A stretch of 64,000 nucleotides of DNA from a virus: positions 9,724 through 73,723 of IMG/VR virus record IMGVR_UViG_3300030331_005816, one strand, 5' to 3'. Shown here one piece after another: positions 18,318 through 27,700 of this stretch. The notes under the pieces were generated by a model, which searched no databases, was not told the origin of the DNA, and saw nothing but the letters and a program-made list of their open reading frames with translations. Each line of letters begins with the position of its first letter. Position 1 is the stretch's first letter. The translations under genes and the position numbers were made by a program.

Positions 18318-19013
18318 ATGAAAGATAAAATTGGTTTATTGTTTAGTCATTTACATGTTAGAGAAAATGAACTTTACAAATTTAATATGTTAAAGTACTC
18401 CATTGAGCACTTTAAAAGTTTTGATTCTGACTTTTATATTGTTGTCAGCGGCCACGGTATAAATCCTCCTGATTTTATTACAGAACAAATTGACGACATG
18501 TATTGGGAATCCCAAATTGACACAAACGAGATAGGTGTTGGCCATCCAAAATTTTGCATTAAAGGATATGAACTATTATTGAACCAAGGCATTAGTAATT
18601 GTATAAAGCTAAGAGGGTCAGACCTGATCACAAAAGAGGATAAACTCTTATTAGCCCTAAAAACATCGAAAGTTACACTTACTGAACAAACATCTTTTGA
18701 CCGTGGAATGATTGGTGATTTATTAATGATTGGAACAACAACCATGGTTCACGACTTATGGACAAAAAATAGCTGGAACTATAAAAAAAGTGGACTGTAC
18801 AACCTATTTGATAATGCAAGAAGTCTGTGTGAGAATCATTTTGACTTACATGAACAACTAAAAAATAAATATAACTTTTTATCACCTCATGAAATTGGTT
18901 GGATGACACTTGAAAATAACTGGAATGATCAAGAGTTAAACATTATAGAACCGTTTTCTCAGAAACACTTGTGGGGTCATATGCAAGGATACGGCTACTA
19001 TGGAGGCTTTTAG
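18318..19013 (+). CDS. hypothetical protein, possibly glycosyltransferase-related
   Basis: Coupled within the glycan operon; KLRGSD, IGDL. Confidence 0.55.
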   Translation: MKDKIGLLFSHLHVRENELYKFNMLKYSIEHFKSFDSDFYIVVSGHGINPPDFITEQIDDMYWESQIDTNEIGVGHPKFCIKGYELLLNQGISNCIKLRGSDLITKEDKLLLALKTSKVTLTEQTSFDRGMIGDLLMIGTTTMVHDLWTKNSWNYKKSGLYNLFDNARSLCENHFDLHEQLKNKYNFLSPHEIGWMTLENNWNDQELNIIEPFSQKHLWGHMQGYGYYGGF

Positions 19014-19474
19014 TGATATTGATAGCTCACAGAGGTAATACAAGCGGCCCAAACCCTTCAAAAGAGAATCATCCTGATTACATAAAAGATGCAATAAACA
19101 ACGGCTACCATGCGGAAGTTGATGTTTGGTATCTTGATAATACATGGGTGCTTGGGCACGATAATCCTGAATATGAAATTGATGATAGATATTTCAATAA
19201 TTTTAGAATGATGTCATTTTGCTGGTACCATGCTAAAAACTTACAAGCACTTGAAGAGTTTTCTAGTAAACAGAAATATACCGATTGGAAATATTTTTGG
19301 CATGATAAAGATGATTATACTCTCACCAGTAATAAAAAAATATGGACATTTCCTAAGAAAAATGTTACATTAAACTGTATAATTGTTTGTAATAGTAAGC
19401 AAGAAACACTAAAAATGGCTAAGAAAAATATATTTGGTGTTTGTAGTGATTATGTTGGCGAGGTGAAGAAATGA
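19013..19474 (+). CDS. glycerophosphodiester phosphodiesterase-like (PLC-like) protein
   Basis: LIAHRGN, EN, EVDVW, LGHD, HAKN, GVCSDY; GTG start at 19013 with SD GGAGG. Confidence 0.75.
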   Translation: MILIAHRGNTSGPNPSKENHPDYIKDAINNGYHAEVDVWYLDNTWVLGHDNPEYEIDDRYFNNFRMMSFCWYHAKNLQALEEFSSKQKYTDWKYFWHDKDDYTLTSNKKIWTFPKKNVTLNCIIVCNSKQETLKMAKKNIFGVCSDYVGEVKK

Positions 19475-20433
19475 AGTTAGTAGTTGTTACGGGTTGTTTA
19501 GGTCTTATTGGGCACCATGTAACCAGACAGTGCTTATCTTTGGGCTATAAAGTTTATGGAATTGATAAGTTAACATATGCTGCAAATTACGAGTATATAG
19601 CTGAGTTACAACAGCATAAAGGCTTTACTTTTAAAAGAGGCGATATCGCGACACTTGATTACTTGCCAGACTGTGATTACATAATCAATACAGCCGCTGA
19701 GTCACATGTTGGTAACAGTATTGTTAACAGTTCAGAATTTATCCATTCCAACATCACCGGTGTCCAAAATCTTCTTGAATTGATTAGATTAAAACAAGGA
19801 AATGTTTGTAAAAAGCCTGTTCTCTTTCACTTCAGCACAGACGAGGTATACGGCGATATTATATCCGGCGAGCACACCGAGGATGACTTTCTTAAACCAA
19901 GCAATCCCTATTCTTCATCAAAGGCCGCAGCCGATATGTTGATATACGGTTATGCTAGAACTTATGGAATCGATTATATAATATTTCGCCCTACAAATAA
20001 CTACGGAATTGGACAATATCCAGAAAAGCTTATTCCTTTATCAGTCAAACTGTTAATGAGGGATAAAAGAATTAGACTACATGATGCGGGTGAACCAATT
20101 CGTAACTGGCTTCATTCTGCAGATACTGCAAGGGCTGTAACAACAATTATTGAGTCTGGTAAAGTAAATGAAATTTATAATGTTGCAGGTGGTTTTGAGC
20201 AAAAGAATTATGATACAGTCTGTAAAGTTATAAAATCATACTTTAATAGACCATTAGAATCAGATTTAGACATTTCTGAATATATTGATTTAGAGCATGT
20301 CCGCCCCGGACAAGATGTGCGGTATGCTTTAAATGATGATAAACTTCGTGATCTTGGGTGGAAACCTGAGAGAACATTTGACGAAGAAATAAATAGCATT
20401 GTTAGCTATTATAAAAATAATTTTAAGTGGTAA
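19471..20433 (+). CDS. rfbB: dTDP-glucose 4,6-dehydratase
   Basis: VTGCLGLIG, DKLTYAAN, AAESHV, STDEVYG, YSSSKA, NNYG..QYPEKLIP, RPGQDVRY. Confidence 0.93.
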   Translation: MKLVVVTGCLGLIGHHVTRQCLSLGYKVYGIDKLTYAANYEYIAELQQHKGFTFKRGDIATLDYLPDCDYIINTAAESHVGNSIVNSSEFIHSNITGVQNLLELIRLKQGNVCKKPVLFHFSTDEVYGDIISGEHTEDDFLKPSNPYSSSKAAADMLIYGYARTYGIDYIIFRPTNNYGIGQYPEKLIPLSVKLLMRDKRIRLHDAGEPIRNWLHSADTARAVTTIIESGKVNEIYNVAGGFEQKNYDTVCKVIKSYFNRPLESDLDISEYIDLEHVRPGQDVRYALNDDKLRDLGWKPERTFDEEINSIVSYYKNNFKW

Positions 20434-20453
20434 AATATACCAAAGGAGAAAAA

Positions 20454-20663
20454 ATGCAACTTTCAAATCAAGCACTCGGTGCAATCATGTTGGCTCTTCA
20501 AGAATCGCTACTTGAACAAACCGACATTGTTCCTGTACTTAAAGGTTTTACACTTCAAGAATCCGGCGAAGGGTTAATTATCACAAACCCTCCAACAGTC
20601 AGATTCACCGATAATACTGAAGTTACCAACCAAGATTTAGAAAATATGGTAGCAGATAAGTAA
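20454..20663 (+). CDS. hypothetical phage protein
   Basis: SD AAGGAG with ATG 20454; MQLSNQALGAIMLALQESL. Confidence 0.7.
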   Translation: MQLSNQALGAIMLALQESLLEQTDIVPVLKGFTLQESGEGLIITNPPTVRFTDNTEVTNQDLENMVADK

Positions 20664-20932
20664 TGCCAATATACAAGTATGAATGTGCTGCTTGTAATCA
20701 AATCAGCAAGTTCATGCATGCTTCAACAGAAATGATGTCACATTGTAAAAAATGTGGCACTGAAAATTCGTTAGTTAAGCAACTAGCAAAACCTTTTGTA
20801 AATAAAGGTAATAAAACTTCCAACAAAGATTCTGAAGTTGGTGAAATAACCAAAAAATTTATTGAAGAAAACAGGAAAGTTTTAGAAGAACAGAAAAAAG
20901 AGTATTCAAACAAACAATATGACAAATCTTGA
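20663..20932 (+). CDS. FmdB-family zinc-ribbon protein
   Basis: MPIYKYECAAC...H...CKKCG. Confidence 0.8.
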   Translation: MPIYKYECAACNQISKFMHASTEMMSHCKKCGTENSLVKQLAKPFVNKGNKTSNKDSEVGEITKKFIEENRKVLEEQKKEYSNKQYDKS

Positions 20933-21251
20933 ATTAACACTCGCAATAATATTAGCACTTTCTTTAATCGGTAATGTGGCACTGGCTGTTTATGCTCGTG
21001 CTGCGATTGTTAGATTATTAAGTGTTGCCGAAGAACTATATGATTTAAAAGATATGTCAGATTCTCTTCTTAATCATCTGCAATCTGTATATGAGTTAGA
21101 GATGTTTTATGGTGATGAGACATTAGGTTCACTAATGAATCATGCAAGGTCTTATACTGAACAGTTTGAGACTTTTGAATACATCTACAACCTTATAGAA
21201 GATGAGAATGACAACAGAGACACCGAAGAGGAAGAGACGGAAACGTCGTAA
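20919..21251 (+). CDS. membrane-anchored hypothetical protein
   Basis: N-terminal hydrophobic helix, ELEMFYGDETL, acidic tail. Confidence 0.7.
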   Translation: MTNLELTLAIILALSLIGNVALAVYARAAIVRLLSVAEELYDLKDMSDSLLNHLQSVYELEMFYGDETLGSLMNHARSYTEQFETFEYIYNLIEDENDNRDTEEEETETS

Positions 21252-21915
21252 GAATCATTATTTTACACAAGAACATGAAGATGCAATCGTAAGATATGCA
21301 CAAATTACTTGTATAAGAGAAAGAACAGAGCTTTATGTAAGATGGATTGAGCCAGCCTTTAATGAAATGGTTGATAAAATTGTCTTTACATATAAGTTTA
21401 CTAATTTGCCAAACATAGATTTGCTGCGAGACGAGTGCAAAATTTGGCTAATGACGATTCTTGATAAATACGATCAAAGTAAGGGCTCGAAAGCATTTTC
21501 GTATTTTTCAGTTATCACTAAAAATTGGTTTATTCATAAAGTTAAAAAACAACAAAAACAAAATAGAACTGAAGTTAACATTGACAACATAGCAAAAAAC
21601 TATGAAGAAAAGTATTTGTCAACTGAGGAGTCGTATCTTTCTGAAAGAGAGAAAGACGAATTTTGGATTAAGTTTTATGAAGAATTAAAATCTTGGGACA
21701 CTAATACTATGAAAGAAAATGATTTAAAAGTTTATAAAGCAATATGTGTTTTATTTGAATCAAAAGACGACATCGATATTTTTAACAAGAAAGCTATTTA
21801 TTTATACTTGCGAGAGTTAACAGGCTTAAACACCAAGCAGGTTGTAAATTCTCTTAAAAAGTTTAAAACTAAATATTACAATTTTAGTGCTAACTGGAAA
21901 AACGGAAACATATGA
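21202..21915 (+). CDS. phage late-transcription sigma factor (T4 gp55-like)
   Basis: NHYF near N-terminus and KYDQSKGSKAFSYFSVITKNWFIHKVKKQQK resembling sigma region 2 of gp55; sits at the head of the structural block. Confidence 0.7.
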   Translation: MRMTTETPKRKRRKRRKNHYFTQEHEDAIVRYAQITCIRERTELYVRWIEPAFNEMVDKIVFTYKFTNLPNIDLLRDECKIWLMTILDKYDQSKGSKAFSYFSVITKNWFIHKVKKQQKQNRTEVNIDNIAKNYEEKYLSTEESYLSEREKDEFWIKFYEELKSWDTNTMKENDLKVYKAICVLFESKDDIDIFNKKAIYLYLRELTGLNTKQVVNSLKKFKTKYYNFSANWKNGNI

Positions 21916-22214
21916 GTAATAAAGATTTAGACACCTTAATGGCTGAAGCTCTCGGTAACATACGAAATGATCGTAAAGTTGCCCGGGAGTTTTTGAATGA
22001 GATAGCTAACATTATATCTACAGATCCTGATCAAAACAAGTACTTAAGTCCCGTTGCAGCCAAGCACATCGAAACCTTGCAAAGGTCAAATGAACAGCTT
22101 GTTAAGATTATTTCAATTCAATCTAAAAAACCAGAAGCTGATTTTGAATTATCAGAAAATGATAAAGAAAATCTGTTTGATATGATTCAAAACCAAGCAG
22201 TGGAGGATAACTGA
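21912..22214 (+). CDS. hypothetical protein
   Basis: Coupled by ATGA-type overlap; ETLQRSNEQLVK. Confidence 0.7.
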   Translation: MSNKDLDTLMAEALGNIRNDRKVAREFLNEIANIISTDPDQNKYLSPVAAKHIETLQRSNEQLVKIISIQSKKPEADFELSENDKENLFDMIQNQAVEDN

Positions 22215-23584
22215 TGGCATTTGGTATTGATAATATTATAGATGCTACTGAAACAACCACAGGTGAGGCTGGTCTTGATATGCTGGCAGAGGCTGTAGCT
22301 AATTCTGGTGTCGGCAAAAAAGACAAATTAGAAGGAAAAGATCAGTTTAATGCTGTTGTGATCTTTTCTGTTTTGCCTGATGGTAGAACATTTTCTACTA
22401 CTTCGCTGTCAGCAATGTTAGGAACTGATATCACATTTGGCACTGATTCAAATCCTTCTGATTCGGGTTTTGCCGGCTACAGGGTTAGAATTACTGATGA
22501 GGACAATCCTCATGCCTTTTATCCGATGCCATGTCCGATTGATACAACCGCACCCGGTGCACCATCTATAGCAAATAAAATAATTGGTGGAATGCACACA
22601 ATGGCTCTTGTTAGTTCAGATATAAAGTTGACACCCGGCGATAAAATTATTATAAAACTTAGAAAGCTAAATGGCAATTATGATTTGAAATATGCTCATT
22701 TTATTAGTCGCACTGGCAAAGATCAAGATTATTTTACCAAACAACAAAATAGAAATTCACAAGAATCATGTCAAAAACTTGGCGATGTATTTACTTTAGA
22801 TGCAACGAAATATTTGGACGGCTCACCAAACAAAGTAATACAATCAACTTATACTGGACTAGGGGGAACTGGACTTCAACTTATAAATGGTGAACTTCCT
22901 CCTAATTTATTGGTAGAGCCAGATCCCAGATACACTAATTTCCCAACAGGATTTAAAATTTTAGTTGACTGTAAAACTGATTGGGATAATTTGGCTAAAA
23001 AATACACCGAAGTTTTTGGTAGAAAAATACAACCATCCGGCCCAGCTTCTGGTTTTCGCAGTTTATCAAGTCAAGTATCCACATATGCCCGGGCACCATT
23101 AACCGTTAATTCAGCCGGCCGTCCAGTTCGTGCTGCAGCCACCCCCGGGTCGGGAAGACCCCCAACTCATGGTTTTGCAACTGCAGTAGACATAAACAGA
23201 AAAACACAACCCGGCGACACCGCGGTTGCAGCTAAAATACCAGCACTAAAAAAGAAACAAGATGAACTTAAAGCTGCTGGCATCACAAGATCAATATCAT
23301 ATATATGGTTATTTCTTAATGCTCCTGCATTCAATTGGGGAAATCCTTCATGGGCCCAAAAACCCGAAGCATCTACAGTTCTTGGGAGACCATGTGTTCC
23401 ACCTCCGGGTAAAAAATGCGGTAGTAAGATTGAACCATGGCATTGGGAGTGGGGTGGATATTCAACTGTATTTTCAAATACTATAAAGGTAGATAAGCCG
23501 CCACCCGGTGCATCAGATCCATTAGGATCCGACCCGCTTGACCCTGAATTAGATGATCTTGGTCAACCTGAACGAGTTACATAA
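22214..23584 (+). CDS. virion-associated protein with C-terminal M15B (VanY-like) peptidase domain
   Basis: SGFRSLSSQ, AATPG, H-x6-D (HGFATAVD), EPWHWE. Confidence 0.8.
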   Translation: MAFGIDNIIDATETTTGEAGLDMLAEAVANSGVGKKDKLEGKDQFNAVVIFSVLPDGRTFSTTSLSAMLGTDITFGTDSNPSDSGFAGYRVRITDEDNPHAFYPMPCPIDTTAPGAPSIANKIIGGMHTMALVSSDIKLTPGDKIIIKLRKLNGNYDLKYAHFISRTGKDQDYFTKQQNRNSQESCQKLGDVFTLDATKYLDGSPNKVIQSTYTGLGGTGLQLINGELPPNLLVEPDPRYTNFPTGFKILVDCKTDWDNLAKKYTEVFGRKIQPSGPASGFRSLSSQVSTYARAPLTVNSAGRPVRAAATPGSGRPPTHGFATAVDINRKTQPGDTAVAAKIPALKKKQDELKAAGITRSISYIWLFLNAPAFNWGNPSWAQKPEASTVLGRPCVPPPGKKCGSKIEPWHWEWGGYSTVFSNTIKVDKPPPGASDPLGSDPLDPELDDLGQPERVT

Positions 23585-23602
23585 GATCCAATAGAGAGTT
23601 AA

Positions 23603-24745
23603 ATGTCTAAAAAGCAAGAAAAGATTTTTAAAAGGGTTAAAAAGAAAGCACAACGACCCGAATATATATCAAAATTAAAAAGCGATCTTAATAGAACTGA
23701 AGAATTAGCTCAAGATGTAATTCAAAGTTCCGGTGAACCAACGATTAACGATGCGATCAGAGAGGGTATTCCTGCAGATCTACCAGTTAACCCACCTCTT
23801 GAGACATTGCAAGATAAAATTGATCTTGGTCAGCCAATTCAATTTTCTGAAAATGGTATATTCCACACAGCTATCCCATTACAAACAATAAATTATAAAA
23901 CTAAACCAAATGAAAAAGTCATTCAAAACGAAGGTTCATATATTGTTTTGGGCACTGATGGTGACAAGGGAACTGAAAGTGGATACGGTGCCATTGGTTC
24001 TAATAGGGCGAATTCAATAGATTTGGTCGTTGGTAGAATGTCCTCTGCTCGCGATGGAAAAGGCCCTAAAGGTTCTGATACATTAAAAGGTGCTTATGTT
24101 GATGATTCATACTTTGCTGATGCGGCGAGAATCAACATTAGTCAACTAACCGATATTGATAAATCATTCGGACTCTCAGAGACAAACACACCTCAGTCAG
24201 TTGCTCGTTCAGGAATTGGCATAAAAGCCGATGCAGTCAGAATTATTGGCAGAGAAGGAATTAAAATTGTAACAGGTAGAGCGGATGGTCCATCAGGTTT
24301 TGGTAGAAAAGGTGAGACTAATTCTTTAGGTGGCAAAATTGCTGAGTCTGCTCCAACAATTGATTTAATTGCAGGTAATAATACTGGTAATATTAAAGTT
24401 TGGGGAGGTTTGTTTCAGCCTGTTGAAATGATACCAAATCTACAACCAGCAGTTAAAGGGTATATTACTCGTGATGCATTTAGAGATTTAGGCAACATTG
24501 TTGATGAATTATGGTCTGCCGTTTATGCACTTACTCTTTCTCAAATTACATTTAACGGTGTTCTGGGTGCTGATCCATTTAGACCATGGGTACCACCCGG
24601 TGCCGTAGCTGCAACAACTTCTCAAGTTTTATTTGTTATGAATTCTCTTTATCATACAAGAGTAAACAAAAATATGTGGGAATTCAACTACTTATATCCG
24701 TTCGGTTATAAGTTTATTTGCAGCAGGAATGTCAACATAACATAG
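23603..24745 (+). CDS. putative baseplate hub/spike protein
   Basis: Between the lysin and gp25; Gly/Ile-rich beta segments (SIDLVVGR, GIGIKADAVRIIGREGIKIVTG). Confidence 0.45.
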   Translation: MSKKQEKIFKRVKKKAQRPEYISKLKSDLNRTEELAQDVIQSSGEPTINDAIREGIPADLPVNPPLETLQDKIDLGQPIQFSENGIFHTAIPLQTINYKTKPNEKVIQNEGSYIVLGTDGDKGTESGYGAIGSNRANSIDLVVGRMSSARDGKGPKGSDTLKGAYVDDSYFADAARINISQLTDIDKSFGLSETNTPQSVARSGIGIKADAVRIIGREGIKIVTGRADGPSGFGRKGETNSLGGKIAESAPTIDLIAGNNTGNIKVWGGLFQPVEMIPNLQPAVKGYITRDAFRDLGNIVDELWSAVYALTLSQITFNGVLGADPFRPWVPPGAVAATTSQVLFVMNSLYHTRVNKNMWEFNYLYPFGYKFICSRNVNIT

Positions 24746-24752
24746 GTATAAA

Positions 24753-27700
24753 ATGGCAGAAGAAAAACCACATTCAAGTTCAACATTAGTGCCCGAGGCA
24801 TCAGATCCTCCAAGCTCTGGAACATCACCATTCCTGCCTTATCAGGATCCTAATGGCGATGGTCTTCCTGATGTTTGTGATGTGGAAGTTGCCCCGGCCC
24901 AACAAATTTGTAAAGATTGTATACCCAATCCGAGTGCAATTGTCAGAGATTGGAGAAGAACTGATCAAGACAGTCCATTTTTAAATGCAAAAATATGCAA
25001 ATATCAAATTTGCTTCAATACACCAGAGACGACAACAGGCTTTGTTAATGGAATGTCAGAAGAAGAGGCTGATCGGGCCCTTAATGATTTGTATGAAAAG
25101 TATGCAGAACCAGCACTTATAGCTTTATTGGAAGGTTTTCAGAAAGACACCGGTGCCGGAATAGTATCTCAAGTTTTACCAGCATTAGAATACACCAGTT
25201 ATGATTTAGATACACGACCAAGTTCAAGACTGAAACTATTATATTCTGTTAATTTTTCTCAAATATTTTCTTTACCAGAAGAAGATATAAGGAATGAAGA
25301 CGATCAAACTGATTCAGAAGAAGATATAACAGTTACCTATGAAGCTTCTGATATGGTCACAACTAACATTAGAGTTAGAAAAGGTTTAAATCTTTATGGA
25401 AGATTTTACAAAGTTGGCCGTGCGGTCGAAGGCAAAAAGATACGTGTTAAAGAAACAAACAAACTTTTTGATTTTGAAAAATACGGTGATAATGCACTAT
25501 TCACCGGAAAGTCACCTGTTGGGGCATGCTTACGAGATTTAGATGCATGGCTTAACAGTCGCGACTACAATATAACTGGGATTGGCGGAATATTTAGTGG
25601 TTTGGGCGATGACAAAGTTATTAAATTAGATTTTATATTTTCTGCAAAATATAAACTAAAAAAGCTAAAAGTATATACTGAAGCTTGCGGAACAAATGAA
25701 CCCGATGCTACCTACAGTTCCAACAAACTTAAAGCACTAAATGCTAAAGATTCTTGGAAAGATCCAACTGCAGTTGCTTACTTTGCTAAAATGAAAAGTA
25801 TTGAACAAGATTTGAGTGCAAGAGTTCCAATACCATTTGAAGAGTTTGTTATAAAGCATACATACCCGGAAGTACTAATCGATACTTCTAGAACTGGAGG
25901 TGCAACCTCGGAGCAAACCATAGCAAGCTGTGTAGGAGATGCATTAGTAAACGATGCCAAAGAACTTGGCCAAGATATATTTGATGATGTGTTTAGTTTG
26001 GCAGATGCAATTGCTTACAAGTTTCACAAGAACTTGTGCCAATCTGACCCAACTAAAGTTGACGAAGAGGCAATATTAAAAGGTCTTAACATCGGTGGTC
26101 CTGCTGGCCCAATATCTGATGTATATAATATGGCTAAAAATCAAGCTCTCAAAGAAGTAGAATCACAAGATTCAGCCTTCGCCGAACTTTGTTTTAGGAT
26201 GATATCTATTGGCACATCTGGAGTTGCATGTGGCTTATCACCACTGCAACAGCTTGATCAGATGTATGCGGAAGGACTTGATAGGGCTGGTATATGTGGT
26301 CTTATGGATCTGTTTTTAGAAGCACTTCAGTGTTTATTCAAGGGCTTAACATTAGAGGAAGCACTAGCATCAATTGTTAGAGCAGCTTTAAATGCTATGG
26401 GTGTAAGACAGATTGGTGAACTGTTTATTGGATTACCACCTGATAAGCAAGCTGAACTAGAAAGAGTAGTAAATCAAAAACTAGAATCAGGCGATATTTT
26501 TTCCGAAGGTTCTGCCGGTCAATCTACATCAGATATACTTGCTGGTAAACAAAACGCACCAGACCCTGTAATTCTTAAAAAGTTTAAAAATAAAAAACCA
26601 TGGAACGATAAAGACTATGTTGAAAAAGAGGAAAGTAATAAAAGAGCTGACAATTATGGCAACATGGTTGCATCAAAAGCCCCCGGCCGGCCCGCTGATG
26701 ACTCTAGAGAAAGAAGAACTATTGGTCAAAAATTAGAATCACCTCTTGGAAATGATTATCAAACTAACAATGTCATTTTAAATGCTTACATCGAAGCACT
26801 TATGGAAGTATATCAAGACAACTATCTTGAATTAATAGACTTTTTAAATAAATTTCCCGGTGCCAAATTGATAACAAATGTTATTGCATTCATGGATTGC
26901 CCAACACCACCTCTTTTCAACCCCGGGTTCGACGACTTCTTTAAAAGCCTACAATTACCTTTCTGTAGAAATATTGCAGCCCCAACTTTCCCCCGGTGGG
27001 AAAATCCGTTTCTTTATATACCACAACTTACAGATGTATTGAAAGCTATTTTCGCTGCCCTTAAAAAATTAGTTCTTTGTATCATTATGAAGGTTATAGT
27101 AACTATACTTTCCAAGGTGTGCGAAATCATTGGTGATGCTATCTGTAAAGCCATCGAGTTAGCCGGTAAGGTAACTGCCGGCTTACTGACAGGAAATACA
27201 GATTTAGCTGGTATTCTTAGAGAAGCAATTTGTGGGCCGGATGCTACAGACGAACAAATTAATGCTACAGCCATAGATTTAATGGCTAATTTTGGTGTTG
27301 GCGGTGCTGCATTCTCGGATCCTGAAAGAACATTTAGTTTTTTCGGAGATGTTATCAATAACTCGAATCGACAAGAGGGACTGCAACTTATGATTGATGG
27401 CCCTAGTGATGAACAAATAAGAATTGCGGATACACTACTGGAAGAAGAATATCAAGAATTCCGAGAGGCTTTACCCAACCGCTCTTCAATTAGATCAATG
27501 TTTGAGGGTATATCAAATGTTGTGCCGGAAAGAAACAAAGATGAAATTAGGGCCGCTCTTGAAATGTCAGCCGATGAGCTTCTGCTACCAGCGAACCCTA
27601 CCATTTGTGCAACTCCTGAAGATATCGAAAACTTTGAAAAGGTTAGATGCGATTTGCTAGCTGGTAGAATGTCACCAGAACAATGTAAAGTTCAATCTGA

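Noticed and set aside
4770-20433. Bacterial O-antigen/capsule locus (host DNA or prophage flank)
   Set aside because: No Wzx, Wzy, ABC or initiating transferase; contiguous with phage genes on both sides; shares the CCWGG avoidance.
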